Assembly (NCBI GenBank): GCA_965223415.1
Contig: OZ245002.1
Location: 4,992,001-5,056,000, forward strand
Length of the DNA stretch: 64,000 nt
From: Myxococcota bacterium
Lineage (GTDB): Bacteria > Myxococcota_A > UBA9160 > UBA6930
Reading direction: 5' to 3'
Below, piece after piece: positions 1 through 8,360 of the stretch. The notes beneath the pieces are model-generated. The model was not told the DNA's origin, did not search any database, and worked only from the letters and a program-made list of their open reading frames with translations. The translations under genes were made by a program, and so were the position numbers. Each line of letters opens with the position of its first letter. Position 1 is the stretch's first letter.

Positions 1-176
1 AGCCCTGCCTCCCGATCGGCGAAGCCTTCGACCACTTCGAGAACAGGCACGCCCCGCCTGTGGATGATCAGGGCGGCGCCGTCGTAGCGCTCCCCCTCGA
101 TGTCCCGGAGGATCGCCTCACGAACCCGGGCCAGGCGACCCTCGTCGACACCAAGCGAAGCGAGCTGCGCCGTCAC
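1..176 (-). CDS. N-terminal part of a beta-lactamase-related serine hydrolase (runs off the window)
   Basis: Not in the ORF track. GAGGAG SD precedes GTG at 176. Reads MTAQLASLGVDEGRLARVREAILRDIEGERYDGAALIIHRRGVPVLEVVEGFADREAG, resembling class C beta-lactamase/esterase N-termini. SxxK would lie outside the window. Confidence 0.6.
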   Translation of the reverse strand, partial: MTAQLASLGVDEGRLARVREAILRDIEGERYDGAALIIHRRGVPVLEVVEGFADREAG

Positions 177-386
177 GGTCTCTCCTCTTGTGCGACCCGC
201 TACAAGGTAGCGGGAACGCCTGGCCTCCGATCCGAATGGGGCGAAACGGTCCATCGGCGCTCGCGCGCACTCGAGAGCCTGCGGTCAGGCGTCGCTAGGC
301 GTGGTGGCCGCGCCCCGTTGCCATTTCCGAGCCTCCGAGGCCACGTATCCACGGAGGGAGGGGATCTCGCGATCGGAGGGATCCGC

Positions 387-923
387 ATGAAGCCCCTGCT
401 GCTCGTCGTGCTGGCGGGGGTCGTCGCGTCCTCGGCAGCGGCCGTTCCGCTGAACGTGGTCGAGACGACCGACTTCAACGGCAACCAGCTCTCCCCGACC
501 GCTGTGGGGACCTTCGACGTGGGTGTGAACACGGTGAGCGGAAGCGTGACCGGCGGCGGCTCCGGCGACTCGATATCGATCCTGCTGCCCAGCGGGCTAC
601 AGATCACGGCGATCAGTCTCCAGATCTCGAACTTCGTGGCGCCGAGCGGCACCGCCGCGTCTACCGTCTTCTTGGTGTCGCCCTTCACTTTCGTTGAGCA
701 GCAGCTGCCCAGCGGAAACGGGAGCTTCGCCTTCGCGATGGGTCTGCCCTTCACGGCACCGGACAACTATGGATTCAGCAACCAGAAGACCACCGGGGGG
801 ATCAGCTTCGACTGGACGTGGAGTGTGACCGTCGTCCCGGAGCCGGCCGGCCGTTGGCTCTTCGCAGTGACGGTGGCGGCGCTCATGGCACTCGCGTGGT
901 GTCGCCGCGAAGGGTTCTCGTAG
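387..923 (+). CDS. PEP-CTERM sorting domain protein
   Basis: GGAGGG SD and ATG at 387. Signal peptide MKPLLLVVLAGVVASSAAA, S/T/G-rich body, C-terminal VPEP + hydrophobic helix + RR. Confidence 0.85.
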   Translation: MKPLLLVVLAGVVASSAAAVPLNVVETTDFNGNQLSPTAVGTFDVGVNTVSGSVTGGGSGDSISILLPSGLQITAISLQISNFVAPSGTAASTVFLVSPFTFVEQQLPSGNGSFAFAMGLPFTAPDNYGFSNQKTTGGISFDWTWSVTVVPEPAGRWLFAVTVAALMALAWCRREGFS

Positions 924-1026
924 CCCACCTGGCCCGCTCCGTCCGTACGCCGAGACGCCACCGCCGCGAACCCGCCGCTCCGGTACCGTCGAGACCCGGC
1001 GCGCAGTGACCCATCGACAGGACCGC

Positions 1027-1359
1027 ATGCGCTACCTGACCCTACTCGCCCTCACGGTCGGCCTGCTCGCCGGCCCGGCACCCATCCATGCGGACGCTGC
1101 CACTCCGAAGGCCCGCTCCGCCCCCGCGGCCGCCAAGACCGCACCCGCGCGGGCCATCCAGAAGCCGAAGGCAAACACAAGGAAGCTCGTTCCGGCCACC
1201 GCCGTGAAGTCCGCTCAGGAGCAGGACGAGATCGAGGACAAGATCAACTTCGAGATCGAGAGCGGTCAGTCCACGGGCAGTGGGGAACAGAGGCTCCGTG
1301 GAGCCGCGAGCAAGAAGCAGGAGGACTCGGAGAAAGCCACTCTCCAGAGGATCAAATGA
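1027..1359 (+). CDS. small secreted hypothetical protein
   Basis: Signal-peptide-like MRYLTLLALTVGLLAGPAPIHADA, Ala/Lys-rich linker, charged C-terminus. Alternative GTG start at 1006. Confidence 0.6.
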   Translation: MRYLTLLALTVGLLAGPAPIHADAATPKARSAPAAAKTAPARAIQKPKANTRKLVPATAVKSAQEQDEIEDKINFEIESGQSTGSGEQRLRGAASKKQEDSEKATLQRIK

Positions 1360-1445
1360 GGTGGTAGCGCCTCGAACGATACCGCGTCCCCCTTTGCTGG
1401 GTTGACACATTCGGGTTAGGAAATCCCCTTCGCAGAGAGGGGAAG

Positions 1446-1856
1446 ATGAGCAGGAAGCAGAGCAGGAGTCGAAGGGGTTCGGGGTCGCCGAGGGGCGGAG
1501 CCGAGCGGAGCGAGGCGGAGGCCCTCGGCGACCCCGTGCGCGGCCGGCCGGGTCGTCGTAGCACCGAGGAGCGGACAGAGGCGGTGCTGGAGCTCTTGAG
1601 CGGCAAGGCCAGCGTGGACCAGATTGCCCGGCGTTTCGGCGTTCGCGCGAGCACGGTGGAGGGCTGGCGGGAGCAGGCGATGGAGGGCATCGGCCAGGCG
1701 CTGCGCCAGGGCTCGGGCAAGTCGGCCCGGGAGCTGCAGCTGGAGAAGGAGCTCGGGAGCCTGGAGAAGGCCTTCACGCACCTGGCGATCAAGCACGAGC
1801 TGGTGGATCGGGCGCTCAAGGACCGCCCTTCACGGCCCGGGAGGTCTCGACGATGA
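1446..1856 (+). CDS. IS3 transposase OrfA (HTH)
   Basis: HTH-like SVDQIARRFGVRASTVEGW followed by a coiled coil. ATGA overlap with orfB. Confidence 0.85.
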   Translation: MSRKQSRSRRGSGSPRGGAERSEAEALGDPVRGRPGRRSTEERTEAVLELLSGKASVDQIARRFGVRASTVEGWREQAMEGIGQALRQGSGKSARELQLEKELGSLEKAFTHLAIKHELVDRALKDRPSRPGRSRR

Positions 1857-2740
1857 GCCTCACCACGTCCCGGGGTGAGGCCAGGGTGGGGCAGCTGTGC
1901 GAGGCCTTCGGGATCTCGCGCCAGGCGTACTACACGGCGCGCAAGGCGCCGTCCTCGGCGCAGGAGCCGGAAGCCCTCCGGCGTCCGGAGCGCCGGGGGC
2001 CGTGGGTCTCGGATGCGACGCTGATCGAGAAGATCAAGGACGTGGTGGCCGAGTTTCCGGCCTGGGGCGTTCGCAAGGTCTGGGCGTACCTGCGGCGGCT
2101 GGGGACGGTCGTGTCGCGCAAGCGGGTCTGGAAGCGGATGAAGGCCTTGGGGCTTTGCCTGCCGCCGATCTCGGAGCGGGCCCAGCCGCTCCAGGGAGGG
2201 CATGTGGCGGTGCCGGAATCGAACCGGCGCTGGGCCACGGACCTGACGACGACCTGGACGGCCCAGGAGGGCACCGTAGCCTTGGTCCCGGTCATCGACT
2301 GCGGCGACCGGGTGGTGTTCGACGTCGAGGTGACGAAGTCCCAGGAGTCGCCCGCCGTCCTGGCGCCGGTCGAACGGAGCCTCGAAGAGGCCTTCGGGTC
2401 GCGCGCGTCGGTGCCCGAGGGGCTGGAGCTTCGCAGCGACCACGGGCCGCAGTACACGGGCTCGGACTGCGAGGCCCTCTGCAAGGCCTGGCGCCTCGAC
2501 CACACGTTCGCGCCCGTGGGCCGACCCACGGGCAACGCCGTCGCCGAGCGCTTCATCCAGACGCTGAAGGTGGAGCTGATCTGGACGCAAGACTGGCAGA
2601 CCGTCGCCGAGCTTCGCGAGGCCGTGAAGCAGTGGCTGCACGTCTACAACCACGTCCGGCCTCACCAAGCTCTCGGCTGGATGACGCCTGCCGAGAAACG
2701 AGCCGAGAACCTCGGTATCGAGTTCAACCAGGCCGCTTGA
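1853..2740 (+). CDS. IS3 transposase OrfB (rve DDE)
   Basis: WATDLT, RSDHGPQYT, NAVAERFIQTLKVE and YNHVRPHQALG motifs. Confidence 0.92.
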   Translation: MSLTTSRGEARVGQLCEAFGISRQAYYTARKAPSSAQEPEALRRPERRGPWVSDATLIEKIKDVVAEFPAWGVRKVWAYLRRLGTVVSRKRVWKRMKALGLCLPPISERAQPLQGGHVAVPESNRRWATDLTTTWTAQEGTVALVPVIDCGDRVVFDVEVTKSQESPAVLAPVERSLEEAFGSRASVPEGLELRSDHGPQYTGSDCEALCKAWRLDHTFAPVGRPTGNAVAERFIQTLKVELIWTQDWQTVAELREAVKQWLHVYNHVRPHQALGWMTPAEKRAENLGIEFNQAA

Positions 2741-3266
2741 GGCCGCAACCAGGAGGGGATTCCCAGCTCAGATCGTGTCAACCGCCAGGGGGGACAGGGC
2801 AAGGTCGACATTCTACTCGGATGAACCCAACCAAGGAACGGCCTGTCCTCCACCCGCCCCCCGCAAACGGGGTGGTGAACCGCCAGGGTTTGCCGATGGC
2901 TCCATTCGTTCAGAGGACGGAGTGATGGAAAGAACGAGCGGGTTTTCAAGGGATGTCCGCGAGCGACGACTACCTGGATTTGAATGCGATACAGCTGAGC
3001 CAAAGACCTCCTGTTGAACGCACTCACCTCTGAGAAAGCACCAGGGAAGCGCCGGAAAGGGTTGAGCGGGTCCTCGCGGGCGATCTGCGAGGGCTGCCCT
3101 GCGCTGTCAACGCCCGCCCGTGTGGACCAGCGTTGGTCGGGCGGTCTATGCGAGTATGCGGGTCCTGATGTCCGAGAGGCCCCGCCACGAGCTGCTTCAT
3201 TCGGGCCAGATCGCGCAGGGCGAACAGCCGGGGCCCTCCCCGATCAGAGGTGTACCGTGTTGGTCC

Positions 3267-5657
3267 ATGCGGGGGATGCTCAGACGGAAGCCCGTAGCCC
3301 TCACGGTCGCCCTCGCCTTCGCAGCCTGCACGCCGGCCCAAGAGCGCTCCCAGCAGTCGCGCGATGCCGTCGGCGAGGCCATCGAGCGGGGCGACCGAGA
3401 GGCTGCGCTCGACGCCATTAGCGATCTGCGTGCCTGGGCCCCCGACACCGCGGACGCTCAGCTCGAGATTGCACTGCTCCTCGTGCAGGCCGGCAATGCA
3501 CCGGAGGCCGGCTGGCTTCTGGAGGACGCCGTCCGCCGCCACCCGGACCGAGCCGACCTGGCATTGGTCCTCGCCCGCGTCTCGCTACTGCTCGGCAACC
3601 CGACCCGCGCGCGCGCGATGGCGGGCGGCATCGACCCCGGCGCCCCGGAGCACGGGGCCGCCCTGATCGTGCGCGGCCAGGCCGAGCTGCATCTCGGCGA
3701 CCTGGAGCAGGCGCTCGACACCCTCGGCGAGGCCGAGCGCCTCTATCCCGACCAGCCGGAGGCGCGGCTGGTGCGCATCGCCACCTTGCTCTCCGAGCAC
3801 CGCCAGGACGAGGCCCGTACCGCCATCGCGGAGGCCCGGGCCGGCCTCGAAGGCCACGACGAGGAGACCGTGGCGCTACGCCGTCACCTCGACCTGACCC
3901 TCGCCCAGATCCAGGCACAGCAGGGCGAGGCCGAGGTCGCCCTCACCAGCCTGGAAGGCCTCCTCGCATCCGACCCCAGCGACCTGCTGGCCTGGCGAGC
4001 CCTCGTCCAGGTGCTGGCGCAGCAGGAGCGAGCCGAGGAGGCGCTTAGCCGGCTCGAGGCAGCCCTCGCCGCGGAGGAGCCCCTCGCGGACCTCTACGCC
4101 CTGGCGGCCCAGATGTACGCGATGCTCGGTCACGACGAGGAAGCCGAGGCGGCACTGCGTACCTTCATGGCGCGTTCGGAGTCGGCCGCGGCGGTGCTCC
4201 CCCTCTTGCAGTTCCACTCTGCGCGCCGGGACGCTGAGGCCGCACGCCAGGTGCTCGACGAGGCGATCGCCCGCACCCCCGACGCGTCCACGCTGAGGCT
4301 GCTGCGCACCGAGACGCTGCTCGCACAGGACGAGGACGCCGAGGCCCGTGCCGAGTTCGCCCGCTTCCGCGACGCCACCTTCGAGGACGACCCGCAGATC
4401 GAGTACCTGCGCGCCCGCTTCGAGCTGGCCGATGGGGACGCCGACGGCGCCGCGAACCGGCTCCGCAACCTCGCCCCCCGCCTGGACCGAGCCCCCACCC
4501 ACTTCTGGCTTGGCCGGGCCCTGGAGGAGCGGGGCGACATCGAGGGGGCACGCCGCCGCTACGCGCTCGCCCAGCGCCGCGACCCCCACTGGGCCGCTCC
4601 CGGGGCGGCCCTCATCGCCCTGGAGCAGCGCCGGGGCGACTGGCGGGCCGTGGCCGGCCAGGCCCGGCTGCACGTGCAGCACAGCCCGCAGGAGATAGGC
4701 GTCTGGATCGCGCTGGTCGAGGCGCTGGAGAACCTCGGTGAAGGAGCGGCGGCCGAGCAGGTGGCGCGCCGATTCCTGGAGCAGTCCCCGGACCGAGCCG
4801 AGCCCCATGTGCTGCTGGCGAAGGCGCTGCGCGCCCAGGGCAAGACCGACGAGGCGCTGGCTGCGCTCGACGAAGCTGAGCGCATCGAGGCGAGCCCCGA
4901 GCTGGCCGCCGAGCGCATCCTCACGCTGGGCATGGGCGGGCGGGTGGAGGACGGGGTCGCCGTAGCCCGTACGGCGCTCGCCGCCGACTCCGACTCCGCG
5001 GACCTCCACGCAGCGCTCGCGGCGCTGCTCTTCGCGTCGGAGGCAGCGCAGGAGGGCGCAGAAGCCACCGACCGCGCTCTCGCACTCGACCCCGACGAGC
5101 CCGGCCCGCTCCGCATCCGCTGCGAGTTCCGCGTGGCTACCGGGGATTGGCGGGGCGCCCGGGACGACTGCACCCGCTACCTCGCGGCGCGCCCCGACGG
5201 CACCAGGGCCCACTTCATGCTGGGGCTCGCCCATGCCGGGCTCGGCGACGCCGACGCAGCGATCGCCGCCTACCGACGCGCGGCCCAGCTCGACGAGCGC
5301 GATGCGCGGTCCCGCAACAACCTGGCGGAGCTGCTCGCGGCCCAGGGGGACCTCGACGGGGCGCTGGCCGCGGCGCAGGAGGCGTACCGTCTCGACGAGC
5401 AGAACCCCTACGTGAAGGACACCCTGGGCGCGCTCTACCTGCGCAAGAGGCTGCCCGGCCGCGCCGTCTCGCTACTGGAGGAGGCGCACGCCAGGCTGCC
5501 CGAGATGGGAGAAGTGACGCTCAACCTGGCGCTCGCGTACCGCGACGCGGGGCGCAGGGAGGAGGCCCGAGCGCTCCTGACGGATCTCCAGCCAAGCGTC
5601 GCCGGGAACGCGGCGCTGGAGCCGCAGGTCGAGGAGGCGCTCCGCTCGCTGCAATGA
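3267..5657 (+). CDS. TPR-repeat lipoprotein (PrsT-like)
   Basis: Lipobox-like VALAFAAC and many TPR units (e.g. AHFMLGLAHAGLGDADAAIAAYRRAAQLD, DTLGALY). Start at 3267 or 3276. Confidence 0.8.
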   Translation: MRGMLRRKPVALTVALAFAACTPAQERSQQSRDAVGEAIERGDREAALDAISDLRAWAPDTADAQLEIALLLVQAGNAPEAGWLLEDAVRRHPDRADLALVLARVSLLLGNPTRARAMAGGIDPGAPEHGAALIVRGQAELHLGDLEQALDTLGEAERLYPDQPEARLVRIATLLSEHRQDEARTAIAEARAGLEGHDEETVALRRHLDLTLAQIQAQQGEAEVALTSLEGLLASDPSDLLAWRALVQVLAQQERAEEALSRLEAALAAEEPLADLYALAAQMYAMLGHDEEAEAALRTFMARSESAAAVLPLLQFHSARRDAEAARQVLDEAIARTPDASTLRLLRTETLLAQDEDAEARAEFARFRDATFEDDPQIEYLRARFELADGDADGAANRLRNLAPRLDRAPTHFWLGRALEERGDIEGARRRYALAQRRDPHWAAPGAALIALEQRRGDWRAVAGQARLHVQHSPQEIGVWIALVEALENLGEGAAAEQVARRFLEQSPDRAEPHVLLAKALRAQGKTDEALAALDEAERIEASPELAAERILTLGMGGRVEDGVAVARTALAADSDSADLHAALAALLFASEAAQEGAEATDRALALDPDEPGPLRIRCEFRVATGDWRGARDDCTRYLAARPDGTRAHFMLGLAHAGLGDADAAIAAYRRAAQLDERDARSRNNLAELLAAQGDLDGALAAAQEAYRLDEQNPYVKDTLGALYLRKRLPGRAVSLLEEAHARLPEMGEVTLNLALAYRDAGRREEARALLTDLQPSVAGNAALEPQVEEALRSLQ

Positions 5658-7024
5658 GCCGCGGTCCCATGGCACTCCTGAAGGCGCTTCTCCTCCCGGT
5701 GGCCCTGGCCCTCGTTCTCGCCTGCGGTCGGCCGGTGGCGCCGTCCGAGATCCCCGAACGGCTCGGCGCGCTCGGCCAGCCGAACCTCGTCCTGATCGTC
5801 GTGGACACGCTACGCGCCGACTACACCACGCCCTACGGCTTCGAGCAGGACACCTCCCCCGAGCTGGCCGCCTGGGCCTCGCGCGGGGTGCTCTTCGAGC
5901 GCGCCCGCTCCCAGTCCTCCTGGACCAAGATCTCGATGGCCTCGCTCATGACCTCGCTCTGGCCGCGCAGCCACGGCATCCGGGAGACGCAGGACGGCTT
6001 GGCGGAGGAGGCGCTTACATTGGCCGAGGTGCTCCGGGACGCCGGCTACGCGACCTTTGGCGTCCAGACCAACGGCTGGCTTCACCAGAGCTTCGGATTC
6101 CACCAGGGCTTCGACCGCTACATGTTCCCCGCCACCGGCGGCGATCCACGCCTCGGGCGGGCCTCCCTCTGGCCCCACGCGAACCGCGTGATCGAGGAAT
6201 CGCAGCGCCTGCTCGACGCCCATGATCCGAGTCGGCCCTTCTTCCTGTACCTCCACTTCATGGACGTGCACGAGTACGCGGCCCCACCCAACCGAAAGGC
6301 ATTCGGAACCGACAACCGGGGCGCCTACCTGGCAGCGATCCGCTGGGTGGACGACGCGGTGGAGCGCGTCCGCGGTCAGCTGGACGATGAGGGGCTCCTG
6401 GACCGCACGGTGATCGTGCTCGGGTCCGACCACGGCGAGACCTTCGGCGAGCACGGCGTCCACGGCCACGCGCGCAACGTCCTGACGCCCGTGGTGTCGG
6501 TGCCGCTCGTGCTCCGCCTCCCGTTCCGGGTGGAGCCCCCGGTTCGCGTGACGACGCAGGTGCGCAACGTCGATGTGGCGCCCACGCTCCTGGAGCTTGC
6601 GGGAGTGCCAGTGCCGGCGGGCTACGAGGGTCGATCCCTGGTCCCGCTGATGACGAGCGCGGCCGCAGAGCCCGACCGCACGACGTACGCGGCGCTGGGC
6701 GTCCCGCTGTTTCCCGATGCCTCGGTGCAGACCGCCCTCTCCGATGGTAGGTGGACCTACGCGCGCAACATGATCGCCCCCGATGGCGATCCGGACGCCT
6801 ACGAGGCCAAGGCGGTCACGCCGGGCGCCGAGTTCCTGTTCGATCGGCGCGTAGATCCCGGCGAGAACGTCAACCTGATGAAGCGCGAGGGAGACGAGGC
6901 GCAGCGCATGCGCACGCGGATGGATGCCCACCTAGTCGCGCGGGACGGAGGCGTCGTCGAGAAGGGGGTCCGCATCGACCCGTCGATCGCCGAGCGACTG
7001 CGTGCCATGGGCTATCTCCGCTAG
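5654..7024 (+). CDS. sulfatase-like alkaline phosphatase superfamily lipoprotein
   Basis: ATGA overlap with the TPR gene. LVLAC lipobox; VVDTLRAD, SWTKISMASLMT, HFMDVH, SDHGE and LRAMGY motifs. Confidence 0.85.
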   Translation: MSRGPMALLKALLLPVALALVLACGRPVAPSEIPERLGALGQPNLVLIVVDTLRADYTTPYGFEQDTSPELAAWASRGVLFERARSQSSWTKISMASLMTSLWPRSHGIRETQDGLAEEALTLAEVLRDAGYATFGVQTNGWLHQSFGFHQGFDRYMFPATGGDPRLGRASLWPHANRVIEESQRLLDAHDPSRPFFLYLHFMDVHEYAAPPNRKAFGTDNRGAYLAAIRWVDDAVERVRGQLDDEGLLDRTVIVLGSDHGETFGEHGVHGHARNVLTPVVSVPLVLRLPFRVEPPVRVTTQVRNVDVAPTLLELAGVPVPAGYEGRSLVPLMTSAAAEPDRTTYAALGVPLFPDASVQTALSDGRWTYARNMIAPDGDPDAYEAKAVTPGAEFLFDRRVDPGENVNLMKREGDEAQRMRTRMDAHLVARDGGVVEKGVRIDPSIAERLRAMGYLR

Positions 7025-7153
7025 GCCTCGGACCGCGCCGTTCTGGCGTCCCTACGGCGGCGGCCGGAGGTACCAGACTCCCCAAGCCTGGGAAGCGTTT
7101 TCACAGCACCGACATGCGGGAGCCGCCCCGTCGGCGCCGCGCGTCCGTCGCCC

Positions 7154-7963
7154 CTACGTCCGCGAGCTTGTGATGCGGCAACGGAGACTGGACGCAATCT
7201 TCCGGAGAGGGGCGCCACGGCGCGTAAGCGCGCCAAAGCCGAGCAATCCAAGAAGGGCCGTGGCAAACAAGGGAGTCCGGGTGGGCTCCGGCACGTTGAT
7301 CTCCATTCCCGTGACGTTCACTGCCCCGCCTCCAGCAAGCGCAACGCCCAGGGATGCTCCGCCTGTGAAGGACGATCCGATGATGGAGTTGAGGAAGCCC
7401 CGGCTGGTTGCTGTCGAAACGGCGTTATGCGCGAATCCAGTGAGCGGAGTGCCTGCCAGCGTCGGGCCGCTTGCGACACTCGCATTCTGCGCAGTGGCGT
7501 TGTGGCGCGTTATATGGTGCCAGCTGGACCTGTATGCTTGCCGTCTGCTTTGGTGAAACAGAGTTCCGAAGCTGGCCGTTACTCCCGAAAGCAACCGGAG
7601 CACGAACGGCTGCGAAACGAATAGGGAAGACTGGCTCCCCACGGCAGTCACGTGCCCGGCGAGACTGATGGTGGTAAGCCGTGGCGTACACCCCGACGGA
7701 CACGAAAAGATCCTTGAATGATCTCCGACAAGTGGATTCGGCGCTGGTCCGGTGTTGTGGTCGACAAGTCTTCTCTCGGCTCCGAAGTAGCGGACCTTCC
7801 AAGTACCTGTCGAGAGAGTTCCGGAGGTTCCGTCGCCCAGAGCGAAGGTCCCACCTGTGATCTGATACTGCGCGCCGATATCCGCGCCTTCGGACGGCTG
7901 TCCAAGCACGGCGACCACAAGAAGCACGAGAGTCGATCGACACTTCTTGGCTTTCGGACTCAT
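7154..7963 (-). CDS. PEP-CTERM sorting domain protein
   Basis: AAGGGAG SD before ATG at 7963. Signal peptide, VPEP + LFATALLGLLGFGAL + RR. Visibly lower GC than its neighbours. Confidence 0.75.
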   Translation of the reverse strand: MSPKAKKCRSTLVLLVVAVLGQPSEGADIGAQYQITGGTFALGDGTSGTLSTGTWKVRYFGAERRLVDHNTGPAPNPLVGDHSRIFSCPSGCTPRLTTISLAGHVTAVGSQSSLFVSQPFVLRLLSGVTASFGTLFHQSRRQAYRSSWHHITRHNATAQNASVASGPTLAGTPLTGFAHNAVSTATSRGFLNSIIGSSFTGGASLGVALAGGGAVNVTGMEINVPEPTRTPLFATALLGLLGFGALTRRGAPLRKIASSLRCRITSSRT

Positions 7964-8239
7964 GTTTCTCCCTTCCCAGGCAGCGTCGATTCTGCCACAC
8001 GAATCCGCGACGAGGCAAACCGATGGGGAATGAGGGAGCGACTGACGGCGCACGCCCTCCACTTCACCCCCCGAGTTACAACCTCCCCTGCGGGCTCGGT
8101 CTCCCGGCTCTCAGAGGGCCGAGGAAGCGCTGAGGAAGCAGTAGCAGGGGAATGCGTGGGAACACGCGGGACGTCTAGGGAACTGCGGTAGCTGCATACC
8201 CTTGCGAGGATGGGCTCTTACGGCCTCTCCGCTAAGTGC

Positions 8240-8316
8240 TGGTCGGGCCGGGGAGATTCGAACTCCCGACCTCCTGAACCCCATTCAGGCGCGCTACCAA
8301 GCTGCGCTACGGCCCG
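8240..8316 (-). tRNA. tRNA-Pro(GGG)
   Basis: CGGGCCGTAGCGCAGCTTGGTAGCGCGCCTGAATGGGGTTCAGGAGGTCGGGAGTTCGAATCTCCCCGGCCCGACCA: cloverleaf with encoded CCA. Confidence 0.97.
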
Positions 8317-8360
8317 ACCGGAGGAGGAGTAGCCCCCCGCCCAGGGTCTGTCGACCGCGG

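Larger units (their letters stand above)
1380..2801 (+). mobile_element. IS3-family insertion sequence
   Basis: orfA/orfB pair. Imperfect terminal IRs: left TACCGCGTCCCCCTTTGCTGGGTTGACAC, right (reverse complement) TGCCCTGTCCCCCCTGGCGGTTGACAC. Ends approximate; no clear target duplication. Confidence 0.85.

Noticed and set aside
300..325. Sigma54 promoter for the PEP-CTERM gene
   Set aside because: The GG-to-GC spacing is 12 nt rather than 10.
2802..3266. Short ORFs right of the IS and the long N-terminal extension of the TPR ORF
   Set aside because: No recognisable motifs; the lipoprotein signal begins at 3267/3276.
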